Below, piece after piece: positions 1-9,804 of a stretch of DNA of 64,000 nucleotides. Every line of letters begins with the position of its first letter. Within the stretch, counting starts at the first letter, position 1. Origin of the DNA: Armatimonadota bacterium (GTDB taxonomy: Bacteria; Armatimonadota; UBA5829; DTLH01); assembly GCA_039679675.1 (NCBI GenBank), contig JBDKUN010000059.1, positions 32,001 through 96,000 of the forward strand. Reading direction: 5' to 3'. The notes under the pieces were generated by a model. The model had not been told where the DNA came from. It worked only from the letters and a program-made list of their open reading frames with translations, and made no database searches. Both the position numbers and the translations under genes were made by a program.

Positions 1-1
1 A

Positions 2-703
2 GTCACCACACAGTGGGATTCCGGCACAATTACCACTGTTGCTGCAAGCGGGAGCGTCCAAGTCCCGTCTGCCGCACAGAAACTCACGATCCGCGCGACG
101 GATAAAGCCGGAAATACTGCGACCAAGACCATAGGGCCTTTCAATACAAACGCACAGGGCATGGTCGTTACAGTTGCTTCAGGCGTGTTCAAAGACGGGT
201 TCTATGCCCAAAAACTGGATGGTTCTGAAGGTATTCGCGTCCGGTACGGTTCCAATGGCGGCCCTGATGTAACAGAAGGCAACCTTATCGTTGTCAATAG
301 TTCCAGCACTGTCACCGCGAACGGCGAGCAGTATCTTTCGAACGCGAATGTCTCTATCACAGGATCAACATCTATCCCTCAACCGATAAAGGTTACCGTT
401 CCTGATCTTAGAGTCTCAGTCGAAGCTGTGGATGTTGGGTTGCTTGTTACCGTTACTGGCAAAGTGACATATCTGAAATCCGACGGCACCGCGTTCTATG
501 TAGACGACGGTACCGCAATAAATGATGGCTTCCATACAGGTATAAGAGTGGTATGTGACGGCTTTGCAGATGGAAGTATGATCCCCATGCCTAAACTTGG
601 CAGTTCTGTCACCGTCACAGGCATTTACTCCAGAGCAACAGTACAAACAAAGATTGTGCCAACTATCAGATTGCGTTACAAAGAAGATATCACGGTCTGG
701 TAA
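2..703 (+). CDS. Secreted/surface protein, 5'-truncated by window; Ig-like segment followed by two OB-fold-like C-terminal modules
   Basis: Frame is open from position 2 (VTTQWDSGTITT...LTIRATDKAGNTAT...) through ORF 161..703. ATDKAGN is an Ig-like strand motif. C-terminus reads GLLVTVTGKVT..FYVDDG..GIRV..VTVTG..IRLR..DI. Confidence 0.75.
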   Translation, partial: VTTQWDSGTITTVAASGSVQVPSAAQKLTIRATDKAGNTATKTIGPFNTNAQGMVVTVASGVFKDGFYAQKLDGSEGIRVRYGSNGGPDVTEGNLIVVNSSSTVTANGEQYLSNANVSITGSTSIPQPIKVTVPDLRVSVEAVDVGLLVTVTGKVTYLKSDGTAFYVDDGTAINDGFHTGIRVVCDGFADGSMIPMPKLGSSVTVTGIYSRATVQTKIVPTIRLRYKEDITVW

Positions 704-734
704 TCATCGGAGGCTGGATCATAGATATAATGAG

Positions 735-771
735 GAAATCGGGAGAGCTTTTTACAGGCCCTCCCGATTTC
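735..771. terminator. Bidirectional hairpin terminator
   Basis: gaaatcgggag...ctcccgatttc inverted repeat between convergent genes. Confidence 0.7.
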
Positions 772-800
772 TTATTCTAATGCTTCAGTCTATAACCAGT

Positions 801-2066
801 TTATTGGTTCACCGGTGGTAAAGGAGCCACTATGCCGGACCCTCTGAATGCAGGGAATAGCGCTGTGCCCGTATCCGTTCGCAGACTGAGTTTATTGTTC
901 CCCTCTTCGACATTTGTCGCGACAATCATTGATTTGTTGCCGATATCTACCTTCGAACCATCCACTGACAGCGTATTACCCATTTCCAAGCTTATATTGT
1001 TGCTCGTAAGGAATGACTGAGGCCCAAGAATAACATCATAGAGCTTGCCATTCCCCGCTTCATCCTTGATGTTTGCCACAACAATCGGCATATTGTCTTC
1101 AGCTGTCATCATCGTGTAGATATTCTTGATATTACCGCTCACATGCAACATATTGTTGGGGTCGAACTGGATAAGCGGTACCTGCATACTTGGTCCGGCT
1201 CCGACCGGCGTCATTGGCGTGAAGAGCGACGCGCCCCAGTTTGTTCGCAGGCTTATAGAGTTTCCGCTTTCCGTAACGTTTGTCGCAACTATCATATCCG
1301 TGCCGTTGATATTGACTCTCGATCCATTCACATAGAGTGTATCGCCCTTCTGCAGATTGATACTGTTCTGTGTGAGGAAAGATAGTGGCGCCAGTAAAAC
1401 ATTGTAGTACTTGTCTTTACCGAAATAGCTCTCCTTCTCGATCTTTGCGACCACAATTGGAAGATTATCTTCCGCTGTCTGTATTGTGTAGGTGTCATGC
1501 AGCTTTCCGCTCACTCCGACCATATCGTTCGAATTGAATGGAATTCTGGCGTTCTGGAAGACTACATTACCGCCTCCAGCTCCAACCGGAGGATAAGGAG
1601 CTACAATCACTCCTGTGCCAATGCCAGTGCCTCCTCCCGCACCAACTGGTGGTGATGCAGCTACTATCGTGGAATAGAAAGGTATACCATCGCTTGAGCG
1701 GAAATAGTAAGTTCCGCTGGGGGCCTTGACTGCCTGTGCTACAAGGTAAATGCTGTTGGAAACATTCCTCAGCGACCCTGTAACGGTTATCGAGCTGCCG
1801 GGAACAGGTGTGAAACCTATCGTGTTAAGATACGTTCCCGGGCCGAGAAATACATTGTAGATTCGGTTATTGGAAAATACGATAACCGACTTCGGGCCGA
1901 TTGTCGGGTTGCCCGGATTGTAGTCTACGGTTGTGAGTATTGTTCCGGAAATGGTGGTAACAGACTGCGGGTCATACCTGAGATCGAAATTTGCCTGAGC
2001 CAGTACCATTGCCGGAACAATCAACAAGACAACCAATACCACTGAGATAATAATTTTTGTGTTCAC
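801..2066 (-). CDS. Secreted protein with three tandem OB-fold-like (MamS/MamX-like) repeats
   Basis: GTG start at 2066 after AAGGAG. Signal peptide ends ...PAMVLA-Q. Three repeats of V.L(G/A)P..(Y/F)L...G..(I/L).V.GS...(L/I)VA..V...(F/L)R...G, linked by PVGAG(G/P). Confidence 0.7.
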   Translation of the reverse strand: MNTKIIISVVLVVLLIVPAMVLAQANFDLRYDPQSVTTISGTILTTVDYNPGNPTIGPKSVIVFSNNRIYNVFLGPGTYLNTIGFTPVPGSSITVTGSLRNVSNSIYLVAQAVKAPSGTYYFRSSDGIPFYSTIVAASPPVGAGGGTGIGTGVIVAPYPPVGAGGGNVVFQNARIPFNSNDMVGVSGKLHDTYTIQTAEDNLPIVVAKIEKESYFGKDKYYNVLLAPLSFLTQNSINLQKGDTLYVNGSRVNINGTDMIVATNVTESGNSISLRTNWGASLFTPMTPVGAGPSMQVPLIQFDPNNMLHVSGNIKNIYTMMTAEDNMPIVVANIKDEAGNGKLYDVILGPQSFLTSNNISLEMGNTLSVDGSKVDIGNKSMIVATNVEEGNNKLSLRTDTGTALFPAFRGSGIVAPLPPVNQ

Positions 2067-2263
2067 TGCCTCTTTACTCCTTTTCATAATAAAGCAGTTC
2101 CTGATGGGCACCTTCCCATCAGTCACGTATTACATACCCCATTAGTGGCAGTAGCCAATACGAACACGTTATTTTTATGGTTAACTCATACCATGTATAT
2201 ACAAGCGCATTATATCTGCCTGTTATCATTAACTTTTGGTATTCTCTAGCAATCTGTACAAGC

Positions 2264-2303
2264 AAAAACCCACCTGAACTCATAAAAGCTCAGATGGGTT
2301 TTC
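2264..2303 (-). terminator. Terminator downstream of tRNA-Pro
   Basis: On the minus strand: acccatctgagc...gttcaggtgggt stem followed by a T-tract. Confidence 0.7.
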
Positions 2304-2304
2304 A

Positions 2305-2381
2305 TGGTCGGGGCGGCGGGATTTGAACCCACGGTCTCCTGCACCCCATACAGGCGCGTTACCAAGCTACGCCACACCCCG
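2305..2381 (-). tRNA. tRNA-Pro(GGG)
   Basis: Reverse complement is CGGGGTG...cctgt-ATGGGGT-gcagg...GGTTCAAATCC...CGCCCCG-A-CCA; 77 nt cloverleaf with encoded CCA. Confidence 0.96.
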
Positions 2382-2546
2382 GCGTCGATTGTGATTATAC
2401 TTCAACCATGCACCTAAGTCAAGCAATAAATCGCGCGAAAATGTGTCAGCGTTGCAGCGTTGGTTGACTGGCATATTTATTAGGGCTAAAATAAGATTAA
2501 TGTAAGGCAACCGCCTTCCGGCGCTGCAATTAAACAGGAGATTCTC

Positions 2547-4778
2547 ATGGCAACCAAGGAACGACCCTCTACCACTGTGAAGGAGAGCAAGGCAGAACTG
2601 CTCGATTATCTCAGGTCTATTTACGAAATCAGGTTCTTTGAAGACAAAGTCTACAGTCTTCTAAGAGAAGGAACCATCAAAGGCGCATCCCACCTCTATG
2701 CAGGGGAGGAAGCCGCCGCAGTCGGCGCTGTAGCAGCTATCGAAGACCGCGACCTCATAGCCAGCACACACCGAGGCCACGGACACTGCGGAGCAATCGG
2801 AAACAAGCACGCAAAGACCGAAGAAGCCCGCCAGGAACATTGGAACAAGATGATGTCCGAGCTGATGGGCAAATCCACAGGTTATTGCAAAGGACGCGGC
2901 GGCTCAATGCACATCGCTGATGTCCAGAAGGGTAACCTCGGCTCGACAGGTATCGTCGGCGGCAACATACCAGTAGCAACAGGAGCTGCCCTTGCGGAAT
3001 CATTAAAGGGAAGCGGCGCGGTAACACTCTGTTTCTTCGGTGATGGTTCCACTAACACCGGTTCATTCCACGAGGCACTCAATATGGGAAGCACTATATT
3101 CTGCGGACTTCCCGTAGTCTACATCTGCGAAAACAACCTTTATGGCATGTCCGTCCCATTCAACCAAAAAAAGGTCGAATGCGCAGGACAAGCCAGTATG
3201 ATAAGCGATATTTTTGAGCGAGCAGCCGCTTATGGCATGCCCGGAGTTTCGGCTGACGGTATGGATGTGCTTGAAGTCAAAAAGGCGGTATCAAAAGCCG
3301 TCGAACGGGCACGCCGTGGCGATGGCCCCACCCTGGTCGAGCTCAAGACATACAGATGGTATGGTCACTCTTCAAGCGACCAGAGAGTTTATAGGACCCG
3401 CGAAGAAGAGGCCGAATGGAAAAAACGCGACCCGATTATCGTTCTCAGAAACAAACTGAACGATCTCGGAATGGCGACCGAAAAAGAATTGGACGCAGTT
3501 CGCGATAAAGCTGAAGCAACTATCGAGAATGCCACAAAGTTTGCGCTCGACAGCCCATATCCGCATGTGTCCGAACTGCTGGACGATGTCTATGTGCCGG
3601 TCGACAAGGCAAAACTGGAGTCTGATAAGGCCGCTGAAGCAAAGGTCCTGCCGAAGATTCACCAGGTAGAAGATGAAATCCGCAAGATAGCGAAAGAAGC
3701 AGCCGGCGGTGCTCCTAAGGGCGCAGTGCCGAAGTTGAAAGCTGACCAGTCGAAGGCTATGGAAGCAAAGCATGGCATGCGCATCATAACCTTCGGACAA
3801 GCTGTACTTGAAGCCCAGCGCGAAGAGATGCAGCGCGATGAGTCGGTCTTTATCATGGGTGAGGATGTCGGTCTTTATGGCGGTGCATACGCGGCGACTA
3901 GAGGCCTGATGGACGAGTTCGGATCAAAGAGAGTCATAGATACAGCAATTTCTGAAGCAGCTATCGTCGGTGCAGCCGCCGGAGCCGCAATGCGGGGTTC
4001 AAGACCGATAGCCGAGATCATGTACATCGACTTCTTGACCATCTCTTCCGACCAGTTGATCCATAATGCAGGGTACAACAGGTATATGTTCGGAGGAAAA
4101 ACAAAAGTCCCATGCGTAGTCAGGACCGAAGGTGGTGTAGGCCGAAGTATCGCAGCCCACCACTCGGAGAGCCTCGAAGCAATGTTCATGAATGCGCCGG
4201 GACTCTATATCGTGATGCCTTCCACGCCGTATGACGCGAAGGGACTCTTAAAGGCCGCTATCAGAGATGATAACCCAGTCCTCTACATCGAACACAAAGT
4301 GCTTTATTCAGGGACTATGGGCCCGGTACCTGACGGTGATTATATAATCCCCCTCGGCGTAGCAGATATCAAGCGCCCTGGTAAGGATGTGACCGTCGTG
4401 GCATACTCCAGACTCCTCCATTTTGCGATGGATGCCGCTCTGGAACTTGAAAAAGAAGGCTACGATGTCGAAGTCATCGACCCAAGGACGTTGAACCCGC
4501 TCGATATTAAGACAATCGCCGAATCCGTGCGAAAGACCGGAAAACTCGTAACTGTATCCGAAGGTTTTCCGAGATGCGGAGTCGGAGCCGAGATAGTCCG
4601 ACAGCTTATCGAGTATAAGTTCGATGATGGCACTACCGGATTCGACTGGCTGGATGCGCAGCCTGTAATGCTCTCTGGCAAGGACTGCCCGATTCCTATG
4701 AGCCAGCCATTGGAGGATGCGGTCGTTCCGACAAGAGACGACATCGTTTCCACAGTGAAAGCAATGGTCCAAAAGTAG
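2547..4778 (+). CDS. Fused E1 alpha/beta TPP-dependent 2-oxoacid/acetoin dehydrogenase
   Basis: STHRGHGH, GRGGSMH, GDG...N TPP motif and TYRWYGHS in the alpha part; MGEDVG, DTAISE and VEVIDPRTL in the beta part; AGGAG RBS. Confidence 0.92.
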   Translation: MATKERPSTTVKESKAELLDYLRSIYEIRFFEDKVYSLLREGTIKGASHLYAGEEAAAVGAVAAIEDRDLIASTHRGHGHCGAIGNKHAKTEEARQEHWNKMMSELMGKSTGYCKGRGGSMHIADVQKGNLGSTGIVGGNIPVATGAALAESLKGSGAVTLCFFGDGSTNTGSFHEALNMGSTIFCGLPVVYICENNLYGMSVPFNQKKVECAGQASMISDIFERAAAYGMPGVSADGMDVLEVKKAVSKAVERARRGDGPTLVELKTYRWYGHSSSDQRVYRTREEEAEWKKRDPIIVLRNKLNDLGMATEKELDAVRDKAEATIENATKFALDSPYPHVSELLDDVYVPVDKAKLESDKAAEAKVLPKIHQVEDEIRKIAKEAAGGAPKGAVPKLKADQSKAMEAKHGMRIITFGQAVLEAQREEMQRDESVFIMGEDVGLYGGAYAATRGLMDEFGSKRVIDTAISEAAIVGAAAGAAMRGSRPIAEIMYIDFLTISSDQLIHNAGYNRYMFGGKTKVPCVVRTEGGVGRSIAAHHSESLEAMFMNAPGLYIVMPSTPYDAKGLLKAAIRDDNPVLYIEHKVLYSGTMGPVPDGDYIIPLGVADIKRPGKDVTVVAYSRLLHFAMDAALELEKEGYDVEVIDPRTLNPLDIKTIAESVRKTGKLVTVSEGFPRCGVGAEIVRQLIEYKFDDGTTGFDWLDAQPVMLSGKDCPIPMSQPLEDAVVPTRDDIVSTVKAMVQK

Positions 4779-4788
4779 AACGCTTCCT

Positions 4789-4821
4789 AAGGGATGAGGG
4801 ACTGGTGCCCTCATCCCTTTT
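4789..4821 (+). terminator. Rho-independent terminator
   Basis: aagggatgaggg-loop-ccctcatccctt followed by T residues. Confidence 0.8.
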
Positions 4822-4957
4822 CATAACCAACCTCTCCCCCTGCCATCTTTTCCAATCTGCTGTATGTTCAGGTATAATTAACAGCAATAATATAGGTAGT
4901 TATCAGTCCGATAATAGTATAGATACATCAGCTTATTCCGGAGGGAAATATTCTGGT

Positions 4958-5980
4958 ATGACAAGAATATCCTGCATTATTTTCGCTGTTTTGATATGTG
5001 TTTCTGCTGCTTTGGCTGCTGTAGAGCTGCCTTCAACAGAAAATGAAGTCGCAATAGTCCATTTTGACAAACTCAAGGATAAACAGCTTGAAGGGACCGC
5101 CCAAAATATAACGCTGAAGCCGGTTACAGGCTCACCCAATCAGACTTCATACTTTGCGCTGGTCAATGAGCTCTATAACCCTAGAAATGTCACTGTTCGG
5201 ATACTTGGCCTCACTGAACCGGAATATGACCTCTACATGGATGGTAATCTGGCAGGCACAATGAAAAAAGAACAGCTGGAGGAAGGCATACCAGTCGCAT
5301 TTTCCGGCACGGATATTCCACCGGAACTCAGAGACTATTATTCTCGCCTCAAAGCTAAATCTGCCGCCGGCGCCAAGGAGTGTCCCACGTCTGATGAAGA
5401 TACCTCACTCTGTCAAGCGGTTATGCGAGACGTTGCGAGTTGGGTGGACAGTATAGAAAGAGGCGATGTCCTTATTCGTACTACTACAGTCATAGTAGTA
5501 CCTGCCGGAACGCCGCTCTTTCTTCCCGGAGGACGTTATGTGTTTAATAAACCACCGAATTTCCCCAGGTCTGCTAAGCACCTGGGAGAAGCTGTGCAGA
5601 TCATTCGAGGTGAAGTCCAGAAGAAAACAAAGAATGCGGTTTTGCGCTACGACACACTTTCGTATATAACGCCCGTTGATTTCGACATGACCGCATCCAG
5701 CGCTATTTCGCCAGGTACCAAGGTCAAATTGAAGGCAAAATTAACGAATTGGACAGATAGAGGTATCACCGGTAAAATCCGTCTGGATGTTCCGAAGGGT
5801 TGGACAGTAAAGCCGCTCTCGCCGGTCAGTGTCAAGACCACTGGGTATTCCCAATCGGCTGAGGCTTTATTTGAAGTAGTTATTCCCAAAACAGCAAAGC
5901 CCGACGCAAAAATCAACGCAGTCGCTGACCTGTTGATTGGAGACGTCAGGCTTATGCTCAACGCTTCGATAAAGAAATAG
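4958..5980 (+). CDS. Secreted protein with C-terminal NEW3-like (NPCBM-associated) Ig domain
   Basis: ATG at 4958 after GGAGG; signal peptide ...VSAALA; C-terminus PGTKVKLKAKLTN...LDVPKGWTV...FEVVIP. Confidence 0.6.
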   Translation: MTRISCIIFAVLICVSAALAAVELPSTENEVAIVHFDKLKDKQLEGTAQNITLKPVTGSPNQTSYFALVNELYNPRNVTVRILGLTEPEYDLYMDGNLAGTMKKEQLEEGIPVAFSGTDIPPELRDYYSRLKAKSAAGAKECPTSDEDTSLCQAVMRDVASWVDSIERGDVLIRTTTVIVVPAGTPLFLPGGRYVFNKPPNFPRSAKHLGEAVQIIRGEVQKKTKNAVLRYDTLSYITPVDFDMTASSAISPGTKVKLKAKLTNWTDRGITGKIRLDVPKGWTVKPLSPVSVKTTGYSQSAEALFEVVIPKTAKPDAKINAVADLLIGDVRLMLNASIKK

Positions 5981-5988
5981 GGTTAAAG

Positions 5989-7122
5989 TTAGACAAAACT
6001 ATATTTCTCTTTACGCGAATCCCAGGGTTCCGGCTCTGGGATTCCGAATGTATCCCTCTTGACCTTCAGGTAGTAGAGATAATTCTCGAATGATACATCC
6101 GGCGGACAGCGGTGATCAACATGAGGGATAAATCCTCCGTCGTCTACTACCGGTTTCAGCCGTGCAATCTCTTTTCTTATCCCCTCTTTACCAGCAATAA
6201 GAGCCGTTTTATCCACTCCGCCGAGCAGCAAGACATTGTGACCGTATTTCTCCCGCAGCTTCACAGAATCGGACCCGCCCCGCATCTCAAGCGGGAACAT
6301 GCAGTTCACACCGGCATCAAGCCAGAGTGAAACCAACTCGTTGATGTTGCCGTCGCAGTCGACATAGATCACATCGCAGCCGTGCTTTTTCAGGAAGCTT
6401 GTGATCCGTTTCAGTCGCGGGACCATCCATTCTTCGAAGTGCTTAGGCTGGAGGATCGGGCCATGGTTGAAGCACATATCTTCCCACATCGCCCCATAAT
6501 CAAGTTTCATCTCCGTTACAGGCCGCTCTATCATAGCCAGGATAAAGTTCGTCAGATGCTCCATAATATCCTGAATAAGACCGGGGTCGTCCATAACCAT
6601 ATAGCAGATGTTTTCGAACCCCATCCAATCGCGGATCCAGCCGAATAGGCTGCCTATCGGTATCCCAACAGCTTTATCTGATCCTTGAGCTTTTGATTTC
6701 CAAGCCTGCCATTCGTTATCCGGTAGATACCGGCTAGCTGTCGATGGATCCAGCCGTTTTTTGAACTCATCCCAGTCCGAATGGGATTCAATGGGGAACT
6801 TGAGAAACTTCGGAATAGATGAGCGCCCTGACTTATTGACTATCTTTGTAGTACCATCGTAATCGAGAATAGTGCGATGCTGGTCATCTTCCTCAAGCAC
6901 CCTGTATTCAAATCCAGGGATTATGCCCAGATTCACCGGCGCATCTAGTCTGGTCTCGAAACCGAAGAAGATATCCGCTTTCCAATCGCAATCTATATAC
7001 TTTGGAAGACCCTGTTCATGCCATACTGTTAATGTCTCGCTCCAGTAGCCGAATTCCTCATCCGGCACATGGTCCACCGGCTGAAAATGCATCGTTGCCA
7101 GCCATCGCTCTCTCTGATTCAT
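5989..7122 (-). CDS. Uroporphyrinogen decarboxylase/MtaA-CmuA family protein
   Basis: RERWLATMHFQPVDHVP, WEDMC, DCDGN, LLGGVDK and GGFIPHVDH motifs. Confidence 0.82.
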   Translation of the reverse strand: MNQRERWLATMHFQPVDHVPDEEFGYWSETLTVWHEQGLPKYIDCDWKADIFFGFETRLDAPVNLGIIPGFEYRVLEEDDQHRTILDYDGTTKIVNKSGRSSIPKFLKFPIESHSDWDEFKKRLDPSTASRYLPDNEWQAWKSKAQGSDKAVGIPIGSLFGWIRDWMGFENICYMVMDDPGLIQDIMEHLTNFILAMIERPVTEMKLDYGAMWEDMCFNHGPILQPKHFEEWMVPRLKRITSFLKKHGCDVIYVDCDGNINELVSLWLDAGVNCMFPLEMRGGSDSVKLREKYGHNVLLLGGVDKTALIAGKEGIRKEIARLKPVVDDGGFIPHVDHRCPPDVSFENYLYYLKVKRDTFGIPEPEPWDSRKEKYSFV

Positions 7123-7201
7123 CCGATCTCCTCGAATATTTGATATTTTTACAGGCCAGTTTAACAGCTAAAATTGAGGCTGTAAAGGCATTCGTGGAAT
7201 A

Positions 7202-8146
7202 TTACCCCAGCAGCATAAGAATAACCGGTATTGTAACTATAGAGGCGAGCGTCATGAGGAAGATTACGCCGGAAACGAAGGCGCCGTTCGTGTTGTACCG
7301 TCCTGCAATCACACCAGTCATGACTGCTGCAGGCATAGAGGACTCCAGCACTGTTACATCCCTTACCACGCCGTTAATTCCCAGCAATTTGAGGCCCAGA
7401 AGCGCGATTATAGGGACTGCAGCCATCTTCAAGACCATTGCTACCGTAAATGGGACGGTGGCTGTTTTAAGGGATGACTTCGAAAGTGACAGGCCTAGAG
7501 AAAGCATCGCAAGCGGCACTGTGGCCTGCCCAAGGATGGTCAGCGACGTAACAAGCGGCTGAGGGAGATGTACCGGCTTGAGCAGAATCGCGATAATCGT
7601 AGCAGGTAAAAGAGGTGCTTTCATAAATTCGAGTATTTGAGCACGGTTTGTCTTCGCAGCTGCAAAAGATGCGGCTACAACCACTCCGATGGAATAAAGC
7701 GGAAGTGCCATTCCGAACTGGTCGCACATAACCGCAGTCGCTATTGCCTGGCCGCTTTTCGGAAACGCAGCCATTGTGACAGGATAACCAAGAAAACCTG
7801 TATTTCCAAATGCCGAGACCAGCATAATCGCGCCGGTAGTTTTACGGTCCAGGTGCAGTAATATGCCGGCAATGTACGCGAGTCCCATCACCAGCAACGA
7901 CGATGTGAAAACGACCATCGGCGCGCCAACCATCTGGAGCGTCAGCGGCTTTCCATATAACGCAGAGAACGCAAAAGCGGGCCCTGTCAGGTTTATCACT
8001 ATTGAATTAACAACCGCTGCATCACTGCTTTTAAGGACTCCCAGTTTCCTGGCTCCATAACCGGCAAATAAAAGCAGAAACACAGCGGATACAGTCGAAA
8101 GTACACTCACAACAAAAAGAATAACAAATGCTGGCGGTAGAAGCAA
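7202..8146 (-). CDS. AEC (auxin efflux carrier) family transporter
   Basis: Multi-TM protein with FGNTGFLGYP and ESSMPAA motifs. Confidence 0.88.
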   Translation of the reverse strand: MLLPPAFVILFVVSVLSTVSAVFLLLFAGYGARKLGVLKSSDAAVVNSIVINLTGPAFAFSALYGKPLTLQMVGAPMVVFTSSLLVMGLAYIAGILLHLDRKTTGAIMLVSAFGNTGFLGYPVTMAAFPKSGQAIATAVMCDQFGMALPLYSIGVVVAASFAAAKTNRAQILEFMKAPLLPATIIAILLKPVHLPQPLVTSLTILGQATVPLAMLSLGLSLSKSSLKTATVPFTVAMVLKMAAVPIIALLGLKLLGINGVVRDVTVLESSMPAAVMTGVIAGRYNTNGAFVSGVIFLMTLASIVTIPVILMLLG

Positions 8147-8224
8147 GGGTTAATGATCAGCTTAAGTAGAGAAGTCCGGCCATTCTATTCTACATTCCCT
8201 GCTATTCCGGCTTATTTATCAATA

Positions 8225-8258
8225 AAAGGCCGGAGGGCACAAATATCCCCCCGGCCTT
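8225..8258 (-). terminator. Terminator of dnaK-dnaJ-hspR operon
   Basis: aaggccgg...ccggcctt hairpin with T-tract on the minus strand. Confidence 0.7.
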
Positions 8259-8282
8259 AGCAATAATCCGCATCTTTTGGGC

Positions 8283-8636
8283 TTATCTAAGCCGCTCTCG
8301 GAACTCACGGATTCGGCTTTCTATTTCACTTTCCATTTCGTGCCGCATCTGTTCCATTTCATGGTCCATTTCATCGTGCATCCGCTGTATTTTGTCCAGC
8401 AGATCAAGGATTATCTCTACGCCTGCAAGGTTGACACCCATATCCTGCGTGAGTCTCTGAATCTGCTGCAGCCGGTCTATATCCGCCTGGGAATACATTC
8501 TGTTCTTACTTCCCACGCGTTTAGGACGGATTAGCCCTAGACGTTCGTACAATCTCAGCGTCTGCGGATGAACCTCGCAGATTTTCGCGGCTATTCCTAT
8601 CATATAGACTGGTTCATCTTTATTTACCGGCGGCAT
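8283..8636 (-). CDS. hspR: MerR-family heat-shock repressor HspR
   Basis: PVYMIGIAAKICEVHPQTLRLYERLGLI..RMYS..LTQDMGVNLAGVEIIL signature; located after dnaK-dnaJ. Confidence 0.88.
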   Translation of the reverse strand: MPPVNKDEPVYMIGIAAKICEVHPQTLRLYERLGLIRPKRVGSKNRMYSQADIDRLQQIQRLTQDMGVNLAGVEIILDLLDKIQRMHDEMDHEMEQMRHEMESEIESRIREFRERLR

Positions 8637-8759
8637 AATATCACCTTCAGATTTCCGATTGATCACTAGCCAGATTCAGCCGGAAATCATCCCTGGCTTT
8701 CAGGTAATTTCTGAAAGCCTATACGCTGCGAGTTTGAAGCTACAAGAGTTTCAAACTCC

Positions 8760-9686
8760 TTACTTACCTGTCTGCAGACTTGCAATCTCCTTCAGGAGTT
8801 CGCGTTCTCGCTCTGACATGGTTTTCGGCACCATAATTTTGACTCTTGCATACAGGTTGCCTTTACCTGTTCCCTGTATGTGCGGCATACCCTGACCCGC
8901 CAGACGGAACGTCTGTCCTGAAGATGTCCCTGCAGGGACTTTCATATTAACTCTTCCCGATAATGTCTGAACCTGAACCTCGCCGCCCAAAGCAGCGGTG
9001 GTATAGTTCACAGGCACATCGGTATAAAGATCGTTGTCTTTTCTCTCATACTTAGGATGAGGCCGCATCTTGACTATCAGATACAGGTCGCCGCGCTGGG
9101 TTCCCCTGCTCGGTTCACCCTGACCGGCAAGCCTGATCCGTGATCCGTCCTTTACCCCTTTAGGGATTTTTACCTCAATCCTGCGTCCGTTTATAGTAAG
9201 AACTTTTGTCGCACCCGAAAAAGCCTCTTCGAGTGTCACTTCTATCTCATATTCAAGGTCACGGCCCCTGGTTGGCGTCCATGTCCTCTGACGTCTGCCT
9301 TGTGTCGCAGCCCCGCCCCGCCCTTCTCCAAAGAGCAGGTCAAAGAGGTTGCCAAAGCCACCTTCCTGTCCGCCAGTATCGAAGTCGAACCCGCCAAAAC
9401 CACCCTCCCAACCAGGTGGGGGTTGTCCAGCTCCCGGTTGACCGGCCTGTCCTGCCTGCTGCCAATACTGGCCGAACTGGTCATATTTTGAGCGCTTTTC
9501 TTTGTCCGAAAGCACCTCGTAAGCCTCGCTGATCTCTTTAAACTTCTCCTCAGCGGACTTATCTCCAGGGTTTACATCCGGGTGATACTTCCGGGCGAGA
9601 CGACGGTACGCCTGTTTGATTTCTTTTTCAGAGGCGCTTCGTTCAACACCCAATATTTTATAGTAGTCTTTATAACCAGTTGCCAT
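8760..9686 (-). CDS. DnaJ-class co-chaperone without zinc finger (CbpA/DnaJ2-type)
   Basis: J domain with HPD, G/F-rich linker and C-terminal domains; no CxxCxGxG repeats. Confidence 0.92.
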   Translation of the reverse strand: MATGYKDYYKILGVERSASEKEIKQAYRRLARKYHPDVNPGDKSAEEKFKEISEAYEVLSDKEKRSKYDQFGQYWQQAGQAGQPGAGQPPPGWEGGFGGFDFDTGGQEGGFGNLFDLLFGEGRGGAATQGRRQRTWTPTRGRDLEYEIEVTLEEAFSGATKVLTINGRRIEVKIPKGVKDGSRIRLAGQGEPSRGTQRGDLYLIVKMRPHPKYERKDNDLYTDVPVNYTTAALGGEVQVQTLSGRVNMKVPAGTSSGQTFRLAGQGMPHIQGTGKGNLYARVKIMVPKTMSERERELLKEIASLQTGK

Positions 9687-9804
9687 CTTAGCAATCAGCT
9701 TTCAGTTATCAGCAGTTTTCGCATGCTGCGGGAATGACAGGTACACAGTCATTTTGACAACCACCCAATCAATTCCCGCAGCATTATCTATAGTGTTCGC
9801 AAGT

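Noticed and set aside
801..2066. Magnetosome gene
   Set aside because: No CxxCH magnetochrome motifs and no other mam/mms genes in the window.
2130..2165. SigB/SigF-like GGGTAT promoter shared with the DUF6766 and DUF2795 genes
   Set aside because: The -35 elements and spacing are inconsistent among the three upstream regions.
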